This document shows positions 8,856 through 17,892 of a stretch of DNA of 64,000 nt, piece by piece (within the stretch, counting starts at the first letter, position 1; each line of letters starts with the position of its first letter). This stretch comes from an uncultured Chloroflexia bacterium (GTDB lineage Bacteria; Chloroflexota; Limnocylindria; Limnocylindrales; CSP1-4): assembly GCA_963711405.1 (NCBI GenBank), contig CAVQDZ010000001.1, positions 891,865-955,864 of the forward strand, given 5' to 3'. Under the pieces are notes generated by a model that searched no databases, had not been told where the DNA came from, and worked only from the letters and a program-made list of their open reading frames with translations. The position numbers and the translations under genes are program-made.

Positions 8856-8976
8856 GGAGGTGCGCCGCGAGTTCCGTCGCGTCGCTGCGGCATTCTAGCG
8901 CAGGGTCGTTGGCGTCTCTGCGCGTCCCCTGGAGCACCGCGCACGCTAGGATCGCGAACAGGCGAGGGAGGGTGGC

Positions 8977-10305
8977 GTGAGCGTGGTGGCGACCTATCGA
9001 CGGCTGCTCGGAAACGGGCCGCTGTCGCGCCTGCTGCTCGGCGAGTTCATCTCGTCGATCGGCAACCACATGTACCTGGTCGCACTCCTCGTGCTCGTCT
9101 TTCGCGAGAGTCATGACGCCACGGTGCTTGCGGTCGTCGGCGCGATCCGCCTCGTGCCCTATCTCCTGCTGTCGATCCCGGCCGGTGTCGTAGCGGATCG
9201 TTTCGACCGGCGATACGTCCTCCTGATGTCCGACATCGGGCGTGGCATCTGCATGCTCGTTCTGGCGGCGCTCGTCGTCACCGGAGGATCCGTCGTCGCC
9301 ATCGGTGCGACCGCGTTCGTGGCTGGATCGTTCTCGCCGTTCTTCCACCCTGCGATCCGGGCCTTGATCCCCAGTCTCGTCCGCGACGAATCGGAGTACG
9401 GCCCGGCCAACAGCGCCTGGGCGACACTCGACATGGCCGCCCTGTTCGTCGGGCCTGCGCTCGCGGGGGTCATCATCGGGGTGGCGAGCGTGGAGGTCGC
9501 CTTTGCGTTGAATGCAGCCACGTTCGCGCTCATCGCGGTCATACTTCTGTCCATCCCTCCTGCACGGGCCAGACCGATTGCGCTCGCGACGCTGACTTCC
9601 GTCGAACCGGGCACTCGGCACGGCGCACGCGTGCGCGACGTCGTCAACCTGCCCGCCGTGACAGGCTTGATCGTCCAGGAAGGCGTGACCGGGATCGCGT
9701 TCGGGGCCCTCGACATCCTTGCCGTCGTCCTCGCGATCGACATCTTCCGCGGCGGCGAAGCTGCAACCGGATACCTGACGGCGGCAATCGGGCTTGGCGG
9801 CGTGATTGGGTCCCTGATCGCGGGCGTCGTCGTCCTCCGCCGACGGCTTCGTCCCGTCATTGTCGTCGCGGTCGGGACCTTCAGCGCATCCCTGGTCCTC
9901 CTCGGGATCGCCTCCGATCTTGCCATGGCCTTCGTCGCGATCACGCTCGTGTCGATCGGCAACCTTGTCATGGACATCATGCGGACAACGATCTTCCAAT
10001 GGGTCGTCCCGGACGCCTATCGGGGCCGGTTCAGCGGGCTGCTGGTGACCACGGGCGTTGCGGCGGAAACACTCGGGGTGCTCCTCGTCCCGATCCTGGC
10101 CGCCGCATTCGGCCTCGCCGTCGTAATGAATGTGCTCGCCGTGGGGGCGCTCCTCGCAACGGCCCTGGCCCTTGCCCTGCTGGGCACGGCAACCAACCAG
10201 GGCACCGGCAAGCCTGGCCTCGTCGAGGGCCCCGGGCCGGCGCAGGACGAGGATCGAGCGATTGACCCTGTGCAAGCTGGTCCGCTAGCGTCCACCTGGA
10301 GATGA
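8977..10305 (+). CDS. MFS transporter
   Basis: 442 aa and multi-TM. Motifs LLGEFISSIGNHMYLVAL and GVVADRFDRRYVLL are MFS-like. Its stop overlaps the start of the next gene (ATGA at 10302-10305). Confidence 0.85.
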   Translation: MSVVATYRRLLGNGPLSRLLLGEFISSIGNHMYLVALLVLVFRESHDATVLAVVGAIRLVPYLLLSIPAGVVADRFDRRYVLLMSDIGRGICMLVLAALVVTGGSVVAIGATAFVAGSFSPFFHPAIRALIPSLVRDESEYGPANSAWATLDMAALFVGPALAGVIIGVASVEVAFALNAATFALIAVILLSIPPARARPIALATLTSVEPGTRHGARVRDVVNLPAVTGLIVQEGVTGIAFGALDILAVVLAIDIFRGGEAATGYLTAAIGLGGVIGSLIAGVVVLRRRLRPVIVVAVGTFSASLVLLGIASDLAMAFVAITLVSIGNLVMDIMRTTIFQWVVPDAYRGRFSGLLVTTGVAAETLGVLLVPILAAAFGLAVVMNVLAVGALLATALALALLGTATNQGTGKPGLVEGPGPAQDEDRAIDPVQAGPLASTWR

Positions 10306-12020
10306 CCGCCGAACCCGTAGCCGATGCAGAGTCCTTCCTGGCTCGTGCGAACGCTCGCATGCTCGACCTATCGGTCAAAGCCGATCGCGCCGCCTGGGTC
10401 CAGGCCACGTTCATCACCGCCGACACCGAGGAGCTGGCCGCCGACCGGCAACGCGAGAAGAACGCCTCAGTCATGGAGCTTGCCGCAGAGGCGGCACGAT
10501 TCGACCCGACCGTCCTGCCCGCAGACCTGGCGCGCCAACTCGACCTGATCAAGGTCTCCGTTCGGCTGCCGGTCCCGCGCGCCTCCGCTGCGCAAGTCGA
10601 GCTGACGCGCACCGTGGCCGCGCTCGAGGGCGTCTACGGCAAAGGCCGGCACGACGGCAAGGATCTCGGCGAGTTGTCGCGGGTCATGGCCGAGAGCCGC
10701 GATCCCGATGCGTTGCTGGACGCATGGCGTGGCTGGCGCACGATCACCCCGCCCATGCGGGAGCCATTTGCGCGGTATGTGACGCTGGCCAACCAGGGCG
10801 CACGCGACCTCGGATTTGCCGACCTGGGCGCGCTATGGCGGTCGGGCTATGACATGGAGCCCGACCACTTTGCCGCCGAGGTGGACCGCCTATGGCTGCA
10901 GGTCAAGCCGCTGTACGACGCGCTGCACGCCTACACACGCGCCGGGCTCGAGCGGGCCTATGGACGGCGCACCGCGGAGGCCCACGGCCTGATCCCGGCA
11001 CACTTGCTGGGCAACATGTGGAGCAGTGATTGGGGGAACGTCTATCCGCTGCTGGCGGTCGAGGGTGGCTCCGGTGGCGTGGACCTCACGTCGCGATTGC
11101 GAGCCATGGGTGTTGACCAGGTCGCAATGGTCCGCTTCGGCGAACGCTTCTTCACGTCCCTCGGCTTCGATCCGCTGCCGGCGACCTTCTGGGACCGCTC
11201 GCTCTTCACGAAACCGGTCGATCGCGAGGTGATGTGCCACCCCGGCGCATGGGACATCGACGCCGATGAGGATCTGCGCATCTCGATGTGCATCGATATC
11301 ACCGGCGAGGACTTCATGACCATCCACCACGAGCTCGGCCACAACGTCTACTTCCGCGCATATCGCAACCAGCCCTTCCTCTACCGCGACGGCGCCAACG
11401 ACGGATTTCACGAAGCGATCGGTGAAGCCATCACGCTCTCGATGACGCCCCGCTACCTGGTCGACGCAGGCATCCTCGACGAGGAGCCCGCGGACGGCCA
11501 AGACGTGCCGCTGCTGCTGCGCACGGCACTCGACAGGGTGCCCTACCTGGCGTTTGGCCTGATCGCGGACAAGTGGCGCTGGAAGGTCTTCTCCGGCGAG
11601 ATCACGCCGGAGGACTACAACGCCGCATGGTGGGACCTCGCGCGGACGTACCAGGGCATCGCGCCGCCGGTGCCCCGCAGCGAATCCGACTTCGACCCGG
11701 CTGCGAAGTACCACCTAGCCGCCAACGTTCCTAGCGTGCCCTATTTCATCGCCGTGATCCTGCAGTTCCAGTTCCACCGCGCCTTCGCTCGCGGGTCAGG
11801 CTTCACCGGGCCGCTTCATCGATATTCCGTCCATGGCGACACGGCCGCAGGAAGGAAGCTGGGCGACATGCTCGCGATGGGCCGAAGCAAGCCGTGGCCG
11901 GACGCGCTCTTCGCGCTGACCGGCGAGCGGGAGATGGACGCCACCGCCTTGCTCGAGTACTTCGCCCCACTGAAGCTCTGGCTGGACGAGCAGAACAGCG
12001 GACAAACGGTGGGCTTCTGA
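10302..12020 (+). CDS. M2-family zinc metallopeptidase (angiotensin-converting-enzyme-like peptidyl-dipeptidase)
   Basis: 572 aa. Carries HHELGHNVYF (HEXXH) plus the downstream FHEAIGEAITLS third-ligand motif, the gluzincin M2 signature. No obvious signal peptide. Confidence 0.88.
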   Translation: MTAEPVADAESFLARANARMLDLSVKADRAAWVQATFITADTEELAADRQREKNASVMELAAEAARFDPTVLPADLARQLDLIKVSVRLPVPRASAAQVELTRTVAALEGVYGKGRHDGKDLGELSRVMAESRDPDALLDAWRGWRTITPPMREPFARYVTLANQGARDLGFADLGALWRSGYDMEPDHFAAEVDRLWLQVKPLYDALHAYTRAGLERAYGRRTAEAHGLIPAHLLGNMWSSDWGNVYPLLAVEGGSGGVDLTSRLRAMGVDQVAMVRFGERFFTSLGFDPLPATFWDRSLFTKPVDREVMCHPGAWDIDADEDLRISMCIDITGEDFMTIHHELGHNVYFRAYRNQPFLYRDGANDGFHEAIGEAITLSMTPRYLVDAGILDEEPADGQDVPLLLRTALDRVPYLAFGLIADKWRWKVFSGEITPEDYNAAWWDLARTYQGIAPPVPRSESDFDPAAKYHLAANVPSVPYFIAVILQFQFHRAFARGSGFTGPLHRYSVHGDTAAGRKLGDMLAMGRSKPWPDALFALTGEREMDATALLEYFAPLKLWLDEQNSGQTVGF

Positions 12021-12302
12021 GCCGGCCGATGCATGCGTCCTGGGGATGGACAACGCCGACACGCACGCGACCTTCCTCGTGGATGCGATCGACGACCGGC
12101 TAGCGGGCCGCTCCAGCGAGGGCGCGGCATTCGCCGAGGACGGCCGGCGTCGGGACGACCACGCGCTGGATCGTTTCAACGAGAGTGCCGGACTGGGCCG
12201 GGATCTCTCGCAACTCGCCAGTTAGACCGCGATAACTGCCTGATACGGTCCGCCGCATGAGTCTCCGCGACACCCGATCGCGGCCCTGAGGAGGATCGCC
12301 CA

Positions 12303-12844
12303 ATGATTGCTGGGAAATGGCGATCGATTGCGCTCCTGACCGCGTGCATCCTCGGCCTCTTGGGTATGCGGAGCAACTTCGTCAACGGCCGCTCCGACTG
12401 CGGCCGTCTCGACAGCGCCGACCGTGGGTGGGGTCTGCGTTCCTGCTCCGCTTAAGTTCGACCCGAAGAACATTAACCTGACCGGTGCCTGGGCCGGTGA
12501 CGATGGTGGCGTCTATTACGTGCGACAACTCGGAAACGTGGTCTGGTGGAACGGGATGTCGTCACGTGACGACACCGCCGAGCGCACTCGGCCGACAATG
12601 GAACAATGTCGGTCGTGGTGAGATCCAGTCGGACCTCACGATCGTCTCGGACTGGATCGACGTCCCTCGCGGCGGCAGCGACGGCGGCGGCACGGTCAAC
12701 CTTCAGATCGGTGCCGACTTGTCAGGCAACATCCAGATCACCAAGATCAGTGAGACGGGCAGCGGCCGAGGCGACGCCCTCTGGACACGTTGCACGCCGG
12801 GCTTCCCCATGTATGTAGTCATGCCGGCGGCGCCTCAGGCATAG
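12303..12844 (+). pseudogene. Lipoprotein, hypothetical, with 2 apparent +1 frame breaks
   Basis: ATG 12303 follows GAGGAGGA and gives MIAGKWRSIALLTACILGLLG. The frame moves 0 -> 1 near 12360, reading CGATSSTAAPTAAVSTAPTVGGVCVPAPLKFDPKN...WWNGMSS. It moves 1 -> 2 near 12575, reading ALGRQWNNVGRGEIQSDL...TRCTPGFPMYVV. Track pieces are 12424..12621 and 12485..12844. Confidence 0.55.
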
Positions 12845-12876
12845 CGCCCGCTCGTCGGTCGGAAGTTCCAGTAGAC

Positions 12877-12925
12877 CCGATAACGTTCAGACGATAAAAC
12901 GGCCTTCGCCGCATGGCGAGGGCCG
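12877..12925 (-). terminator. 49-nt repeat, copy 2, with a minus-strand terminator-like hairpin
   Basis: Same element as 8729..8777. Stem ACGGCCTTCGCC / GGCGAGGGCCG with loop GCAT, followed on the minus strand by TTTTATCGTCTGAAC. Confidence 0.5.
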
Positions 12926-13242
12926 CTCCTTTGAGCGTGACCTACGGTATCTCGCCGAGGTCTCGTGGTAGACGTCGTCATCGTCGAGGTCCCCAGGCTC
13001 GGATCTCTGTAGCAACTACGGCGCTCCTTGGCCCTTGGGCGCTACAGAATTGCGGCGACCCAGTGTGCGCTCTGGCGGCCAACGGATCCGATCGAGGTGC
13101 CCGCATCCCGTCTGCCCGAACAGGACGCGGACCTAAGGAATAGTCGACGTTGTTTCTCCCTCGATCATCTCCCAAAGCGAGAAGAACGGCGGCCTCCGGG
13201 CTGCTGAATCCGGGCAATCGCCTGTCATGCGCTGCAGCCGTT

Positions 13243-14394
13243 TCAGCCTGCGCAGCTGGACGCACTCCAGTCCGGCTGATGTTCCGCACCCATCCCGTCG
13301 GTGACGTAGGTCAGTCCGGTGCCATCGGGGTGGATCGTTGCGAGTCCGCTGCTTATCGGAGTTCCGTCGTGTTCGTGGATGCCTTCGAGCATCATGATCA
13401 GGAGGCCGTCGGGACTCCAGACGGGATCGGAGAAACCGGCCCAATTCACGGACGTGTCCTGAGGATCAGTCAGGCTCCGCACGCCATTCCCGTCCGCACC
13501 CACGATCCAGGGACCGGCCAGATCCCCGTGCGTCAGGTCGGCTTCGAAGGAAATTTGAGTGCCGTCGGGTGACCAGGTGGCGTCGCCGGGATGGAGATCA
13601 AACGGCGAGATAGATCGAAGGTCTGAGCCGTCCACGTTGACGACGAAGAGCGTGGACACAGAATCGCTCGCCTCGCGCGTGAAGACGATCTGCTTCCCGT
13701 TCGGTGAGAAGCGTGGCGCCACGTCCGCCGAAAACCCTGACGGAAGCGTCGTGATGCGGCGGAGTCCGCTGCCGTCTGAAGCGCTTGCTACATAGATGCC
13801 CTGCTTGGCCGGACTGCCGCGGTCAGCTTCGAACGCGATGAGCTTGCCATCAGGCGACCACCCAGGATCGCCGCTCAGGCCGACCGAGTCGGTGAGCTTC
13901 CGAACGTCGCTCCCATCCCTGGCCATCGTGAATACGTCGTTTATCGAGGTCGCATCAGTTGTGTCCGGATCTTCACGGTCGGTGTCGATCGCGATCCGCG
14001 ACCCATCCGGTGACCAGACCGGCCAACCGCTGGTATGCCCTGGGATGGCGGTCAGTTGCTTCTGCTGCGTCAGGTCGGCACATGCGACCCAGGTCTGTGG
14101 GGAGCCCTGTGCATCGTCACGCATGAATGCGATCGATCCTGTCAGCGCCGGTTTGACCACTGTCGGTGACGGAGGAGCGGGCGTGGCTGTGGAAACGGAC
14201 ACGCTTGGCGCGACGGTGGCTGAAGGTGTCGGTTTCAAGGTCGCGGCTGCTGTCGGCACGGCGGCCGAAGACGCGTTCGATGAAGGCGCACCGGCGGTTG
14301 GCTGGACGGGTGCATCGGTGCCGGCGCACGAGGCGATCAGCATCGCCGCCATCACACCCCCGAAGAACCGCCAGATCAGCGCGTCAGTCTTCAT
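13243..14394 (-). CDS. Lipoprotein with TolB-like WD40/PD40 beta-propeller repeats
   Basis: 383 aa. N-terminus has lipobox LIASCAG and an Ala/Pro/Ser/Thr linker. Repeated WSPDGSRIA, WSPDGKLIAF, FSPNGKQIVF, WSPDGTQISF and WSPDGLLIMM are PD40 repeats. Confidence 0.8.
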   Translation of the reverse strand: MKTDALIWRFFGGVMAAMLIASCAGTDAPVQPTAGAPSSNASSAAVPTAAATLKPTPSATVAPSVSVSTATPAPPSPTVVKPALTGSIAFMRDDAQGSPQTWVACADLTQQKQLTAIPGHTSGWPVWSPDGSRIAIDTDREDPDTTDATSINDVFTMARDGSDVRKLTDSVGLSGDPGWSPDGKLIAFEADRGSPAKQGIYVASASDGSGLRRITTLPSGFSADVAPRFSPNGKQIVFTREASDSVSTLFVVNVDGSDLRSISPFDLHPGDATWSPDGTQISFEADLTHGDLAGPWIVGADGNGVRSLTDPQDTSVNWAGFSDPVWSPDGLLIMMLEGIHEHDGTPISSGLATIHPDGTGLTYVTDGMGAEHQPDWSASSCAG

Positions 14395-14529
14395 TTAACC
14401 AGCGACCTCACGGTCATGGCGATCGGCAGACCGCCTACGATCAGTATGGCTGCAATGCGGGAGCCCACGACGACCGAAAAGGCGACCGTCGCCATCGACC
14501 TGGATGCTTAGCCAACGCGGGAGTTACCA

Positions 14530-15457
14530 ATGCACATCCGTCAGCCGTTTTTGTCCCGTTTCGCGTTGGCGACGGTGGGCGCGGACCTGATGTTGGCCGC
14601 CAACTTTGGCGTTGCCAGCGCCGCGCTCAACAACTCGGGCTACGCGACGGTCACCAAGGACGTGTCGGTGCCGCCTAACGACGAAGCTGGGGCAGCGACC
14701 GCGAAATGTCCGACTGGCTACGTGGTCGTCAGCGGCGGAGCCTACTGGCACGCTCCCAACTCGAGCACCCCGGCCGGTTGGCACGGCGCCTACCTGGAGA
14801 GCTCCGCGCCAACGAAGTCCGCCACCGGCTGGTACGCGTCGGGCAGAAACTTCAACCACACCAACACCTGGGTATTGAGGGTGACGGCGCAGTGCCTTCC
14901 CCAATCAGCGGTCGGCGCTTACACCGTGAAGACGAGGGAAGTAATCGTCGACGGACAGCGAAGCTGGCAACGCGACGGTCTCGTGCAAGCCCGGCCAATC
15001 GGTCGTGGCCGGAGGTGGTGTGTGGCACCTGGAGGGCCACAATCCCAGCGCGAGCCTGGTCGGTTACCTGACTGCTTCCTATCCGGAAACCAGCTCGTCT
15101 TGGACAGCGGCGGGGCGAAACGACAGTGTCACGTCGTATCACATGCTGGTCAGGGTCCTGTGCGTTCCTACCACGCAGCTCGACACTCCCTACACGACGA
15201 AGACCGCGCCAGTCGACGCCAACAACATCGCCGCGACGCTTGCGTGCGCGGCGAACTACCACGCGGTCGGAGGCGGGGCGTACTTCACGTATGCCGTTGA
15301 CGGATCGATCGACACGGACACGCGCAGCTACCTATCCAGTTTGACCATCACGGCCGCTGGTACCGGCTGGTACCTGGATGGCCTCGCGGCAGATACGCGC
15401 GCATCCCAGGGAGTCGGTCGTGACCGTTCTGTGTCTACCCGATCCGGGGACCTACTA
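14530..15457 (+). pseudogene. Secreted protein made of three copies of an uncharacterised 2-Cys domain, with 2 apparent +1 frame breaks
   Basis: ATG 14530 follows GGGAG, with a signal-like N-terminus. Domain 1 is AKCPTGYVVVSGGAYW...LRVTAQCLP (frame 1). Domain 2 is VSCKPGQSVVAGGGVWH...LVRVLCVP (frame 2, from about 14945). Domain 3 is LACAANYHAVGGGAYF...VVTVLCLPDPGTY-stop (frame 0, from about 15408, TAG 15455-15457). Track pieces are 14530..15300 and 15005..15487. Confidence 0.6.
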
Positions 15458-15725
15458 GGGCTGCCGGGAACCACGAACCATACGTAGCAATGCGAGCATC
15501 ACTTTTGGCGCTGCTACGCGGCCATAACCGTGCCTACGCGCTGGCCGAAGATCGCTCGTCCAGAATCAGCGCGGACCCATGACTGAACTCGTCTTGGCTC
15601 GGTCCACAAGCTGATCGGAGTCGTGTGATGCCAATCAAACTCGTCGATTGTTGACATGCGCCGAAGCGAGCTGATCGATGCCCTTCGCCACGAGGGCGAG
15701 CGGATCCAGTGGTCGTACACGCGAC

Positions 15726-15851
15726 ATGGCCGCGGAGCTCGACCGGCGCACGAGCAAGCTCATGACCAGGGCGCTCGTGTTCGCCACGATCGCCAACTCG
15801 GTGCTGACCGGGATCCTGGCGATCGTCGCGATCGCCAATCTCCTGCACTAG
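15726..15851 (+). CDS. Possible 41-aa tail-anchored membrane peptide
   Basis: ATG 15726 gives MAAELDRRTSKLMTRALVFATIANSVLTGILAIVAIANLLH-stop. It is too short for the ORF track. It may be the C-terminal part of a 65-aa protein starting at ATG 15656 (MRRSELIDALRHEGERIQWSYTR) if one more +1 break is allowed. Confidence 0.3.
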   Translation: MAAELDRRTSKLMTRALVFATIANSVLTGILAIVAIANLLH

Positions 15852-15957
15852 GCTGGGCGACCCGCCGGTTAGCCCGCCGGAACGGTTGGCCGACCGACCC
15901 TTGTAGGCGCCCTGTAGGCGGACTAGGCTCGCGATCCACTTCGAAGCGATAGAGAGG

Positions 15958-16254
15958 GTGAGTCAAGTGCAGAAGTTCGTGGTTCTGGGCAAGTGGACCG
16001 ACGAGGGCATCAAGAACGTCAAGGACACGACCGCTCGCGCCGCTGCCGCGCAGGCGTCGGTCGCCGCGCTTGGCGGCAAGATGGATATCTGGTGGACGAT
16101 GGGCCGCTACGACATCGTTTCCGTCGTTGAGATGCCCAGCGAAGAGGCGGCCCTTGCATTCCTCGCCAAGCTCGGCGCGCAGGGCAACCTGCGCACGGAG
16201 ACGCTACCCGCGTGGAGCGCCGCCGGTGTCGACGAGGTTCTCAAGTCCGTCTGA
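15958..16254 (+). CDS. GYD domain protein
   Basis: 98 aa. KFVVLGKWTDEGIKNVKDT...WWTMGRYDIVSVVEMPSEEAALAFLAKLG matches the GYD family pattern. Confidence 0.85.
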   Translation: MSQVQKFVVLGKWTDEGIKNVKDTTARAAAAQASVAALGGKMDIWWTMGRYDIVSVVEMPSEEAALAFLAKLGAQGNLRTETLPAWSAAGVDEVLKSV

Positions 16255-17892
16255 TCGGAACACTTCCTCGCCATCGATAAAGGTAGCGACGGGGCGGATC
16301 TGAGCCACGGCGCGCGCGTCAAACGGCTGTAAGAAAGCCTCCGACGGCACGACGACCAGGTCCGCCACGTAACCCGGGAGCAAGCGCCCGAGATCCCGCT
16401 TGCCGGCAACCAACGCTGGATCCAGACACGCTGCGCGGATGGCGCGCTCGAGGCTGATCGCGTGATCGACGCCGACCGGCGCGGCTTCCGGGTCCAATGG
16501 GTCGCGCCGGGCGACGGCCACGGCAATGCCTGGCCACGGATCGGGCGGCTCCACGGGCGCATCCGTCCCGAACGGGATGAGCGCGCCGCCCGCGAGCAGG
16601 GCGCGCAGCGGAAACGTCTCCTCAGCACGCACCCCCCACGCGGCTCGCTCCTGGACCGCGTCGCTGCGCAGATGAACCGGCTGAACTGAGGCAGCCACGT
16701 TGAGCCGACCGAAGCGCGGCTGATCGTCAGGGTCAACGAGCTGAGCGTGCTCGATCCGGCGGGTGAGCGGCCCGCCTACCTCCGGCAGCGTCTCAAACAC
16801 GTCGAGCGCGCTGCGCACGGCCGCGTCGCCGATCGCATGGACCTGACCGGTGATACCGCCGCCGGCCGCGAGCGTGAGCAGATCGCGCAGCTCGTCCGCG
16901 TCAGTGATGACCATGCCGCGCGGACCGCCGGTGGGCGGGTTCTCGTCCTGGTCCAGGTACGGCTCGAGCAACGCAGCGCTGCGCGAGCCGAGCGCGCCGT
17001 CGGCGAACAGCTTCAGCCAACCACTCGTGTAGCGGCCGACGAACTCGCCGCTGCGCCAGCCCATGTCGAGTGCACGGCCCAATTGCGGCGAGCGGATCGA
17101 ACCGTGCACGCGCAGCGGCAGCTTGCCCTCCGCTGCCAGGTCGCGGTAGATGAGCGGCCCACGCTTCATCAAGGTGTCGTCGTTGAGCTCGCCCGGGTCG
17201 TGACAGCCGGTCACGCCCAGCGACGCGAGTCGCCGCGCGACAGACGCCAGCCCGGCGATGAGTACGTCGCGCGGCGGGTCCGGAATGAGCACGTCCACCA
17301 ACGCGGCGCCGCCTTCGTGCAGGATCCCGGTTGGCTGTCCGCGCTCGTCGCGTCGAACGAGAGGGCCGGCGGCAGCGCCGCGCAGGCCGTCGATGTCAGC
17401 CCGGCGAATCGCCGCTCGACTCACCCAGCGCGAGTGGTGATCGTGGGCATATAGCGCGACCGGCCGCCCCGGCGCCACGCGCTGGAGCATGTCCGCATCC
17501 GGCCAACCGCCCAGGTCGTGCATCGACCAGCCGTGGCCCAGCAGCCAGCCATCGTCATCGCCACTCGCCGCGCGCTCGTTGTGCGCGGCGGCGACGGCCG
17601 CCAGCGCCGCGTCCAGGTTGAGCCCGGTCAGGTCGATCTGCGTCTCAGCCAGGACGAGCGCCATGAGATGCAGGTGCGCGTCCGTGATGCCCGGCAGCAC
17701 GACGTGCTCCTCGCCGAGTCGCCACCGTTTCGTCGCGGACGTAGCCAGCGCCTCAAGCTCCGACTCGGGTCCGACCCCGAGCACCCTCCCGCCACCAATG
17801 GCGACGCCGGTTTGCCAGCCCCAGCCTGAGTCACCGGCCAGCGTCGCGACGCGACCGGTGATGATCATGTCCGCGCGAGTCGTCGCTTCCAC
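16204..17892 (-). CDS. Amidohydrolase-family metal-dependent hydrolase (Amidohydro_3-like)
   Basis: 562 aa. LPGITDAHLHLM metal-binding motif near the N-terminus, HAIGD in the middle and FGTDAPVEP near the C-terminus. Confidence 0.85.
   Translation of the reverse strand: MEATTRADMIITGRVATLAGDSGWGWQTGVAIGGGRVLGVGPESELEALATSATKRWRLGEEHVVLPGITDAHLHLMALVLAETQIDLTGLNLDAALAAVAAAHNERAASGDDDGWLLGHGWSMHDLGGWPDADMLQRVAPGRPVALYAHDHHSRWVSRAAIRRADIDGLRGAAAGPLVRRDERGQPTGILHEGGAALVDVLIPDPPRDVLIAGLASVARRLASLGVTGCHDPGELNDDTLMKRGPLIYRDLAAEGKLPLRVHGSIRSPQLGRALDMGWRSGEFVGRYTSGWLKLFADGALGSRSAALLEPYLDQDENPPTGGPRGMVITDADELRDLLTLAAGGGITGQVHAIGDAAVRSALDVFETLPEVGGPLTRRIEHAQLVDPDDQPRFGRLNVAASVQPVHLRSDAVQERAAWGVRAEETFPLRALLAGGALIPFGTDAPVEPPDPWPGIAVAVARRDPLDPEAAPVGVDHAISLERAIRAACLDPALVAGKRDLGRLLPGYVADLVVVPSEAFLQPFDARAVAQIRPVATFIDGEEVFRSDGLENLVDTGGAPRG

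Noticed and set aside
8833-10275. 480-aa minus-strand ORF antisense to the MFS gene
   Set aside because: Its Arg/Asp/Glu/Gly-rich composition is typical of antisense frames in high-GC DNA. The plus-strand frame encodes a convincing 12-TM transporter.
12926-13242. tmRNA or RNase P RNA in the non-coding stretch upstream of the second repeat copy
   Set aside because: Neither strand shows a tRNA-like acceptor/T arm with CCA, a plausible tag ORF ending in hydrophobic residues, or the GAGGAAAGTCC box.
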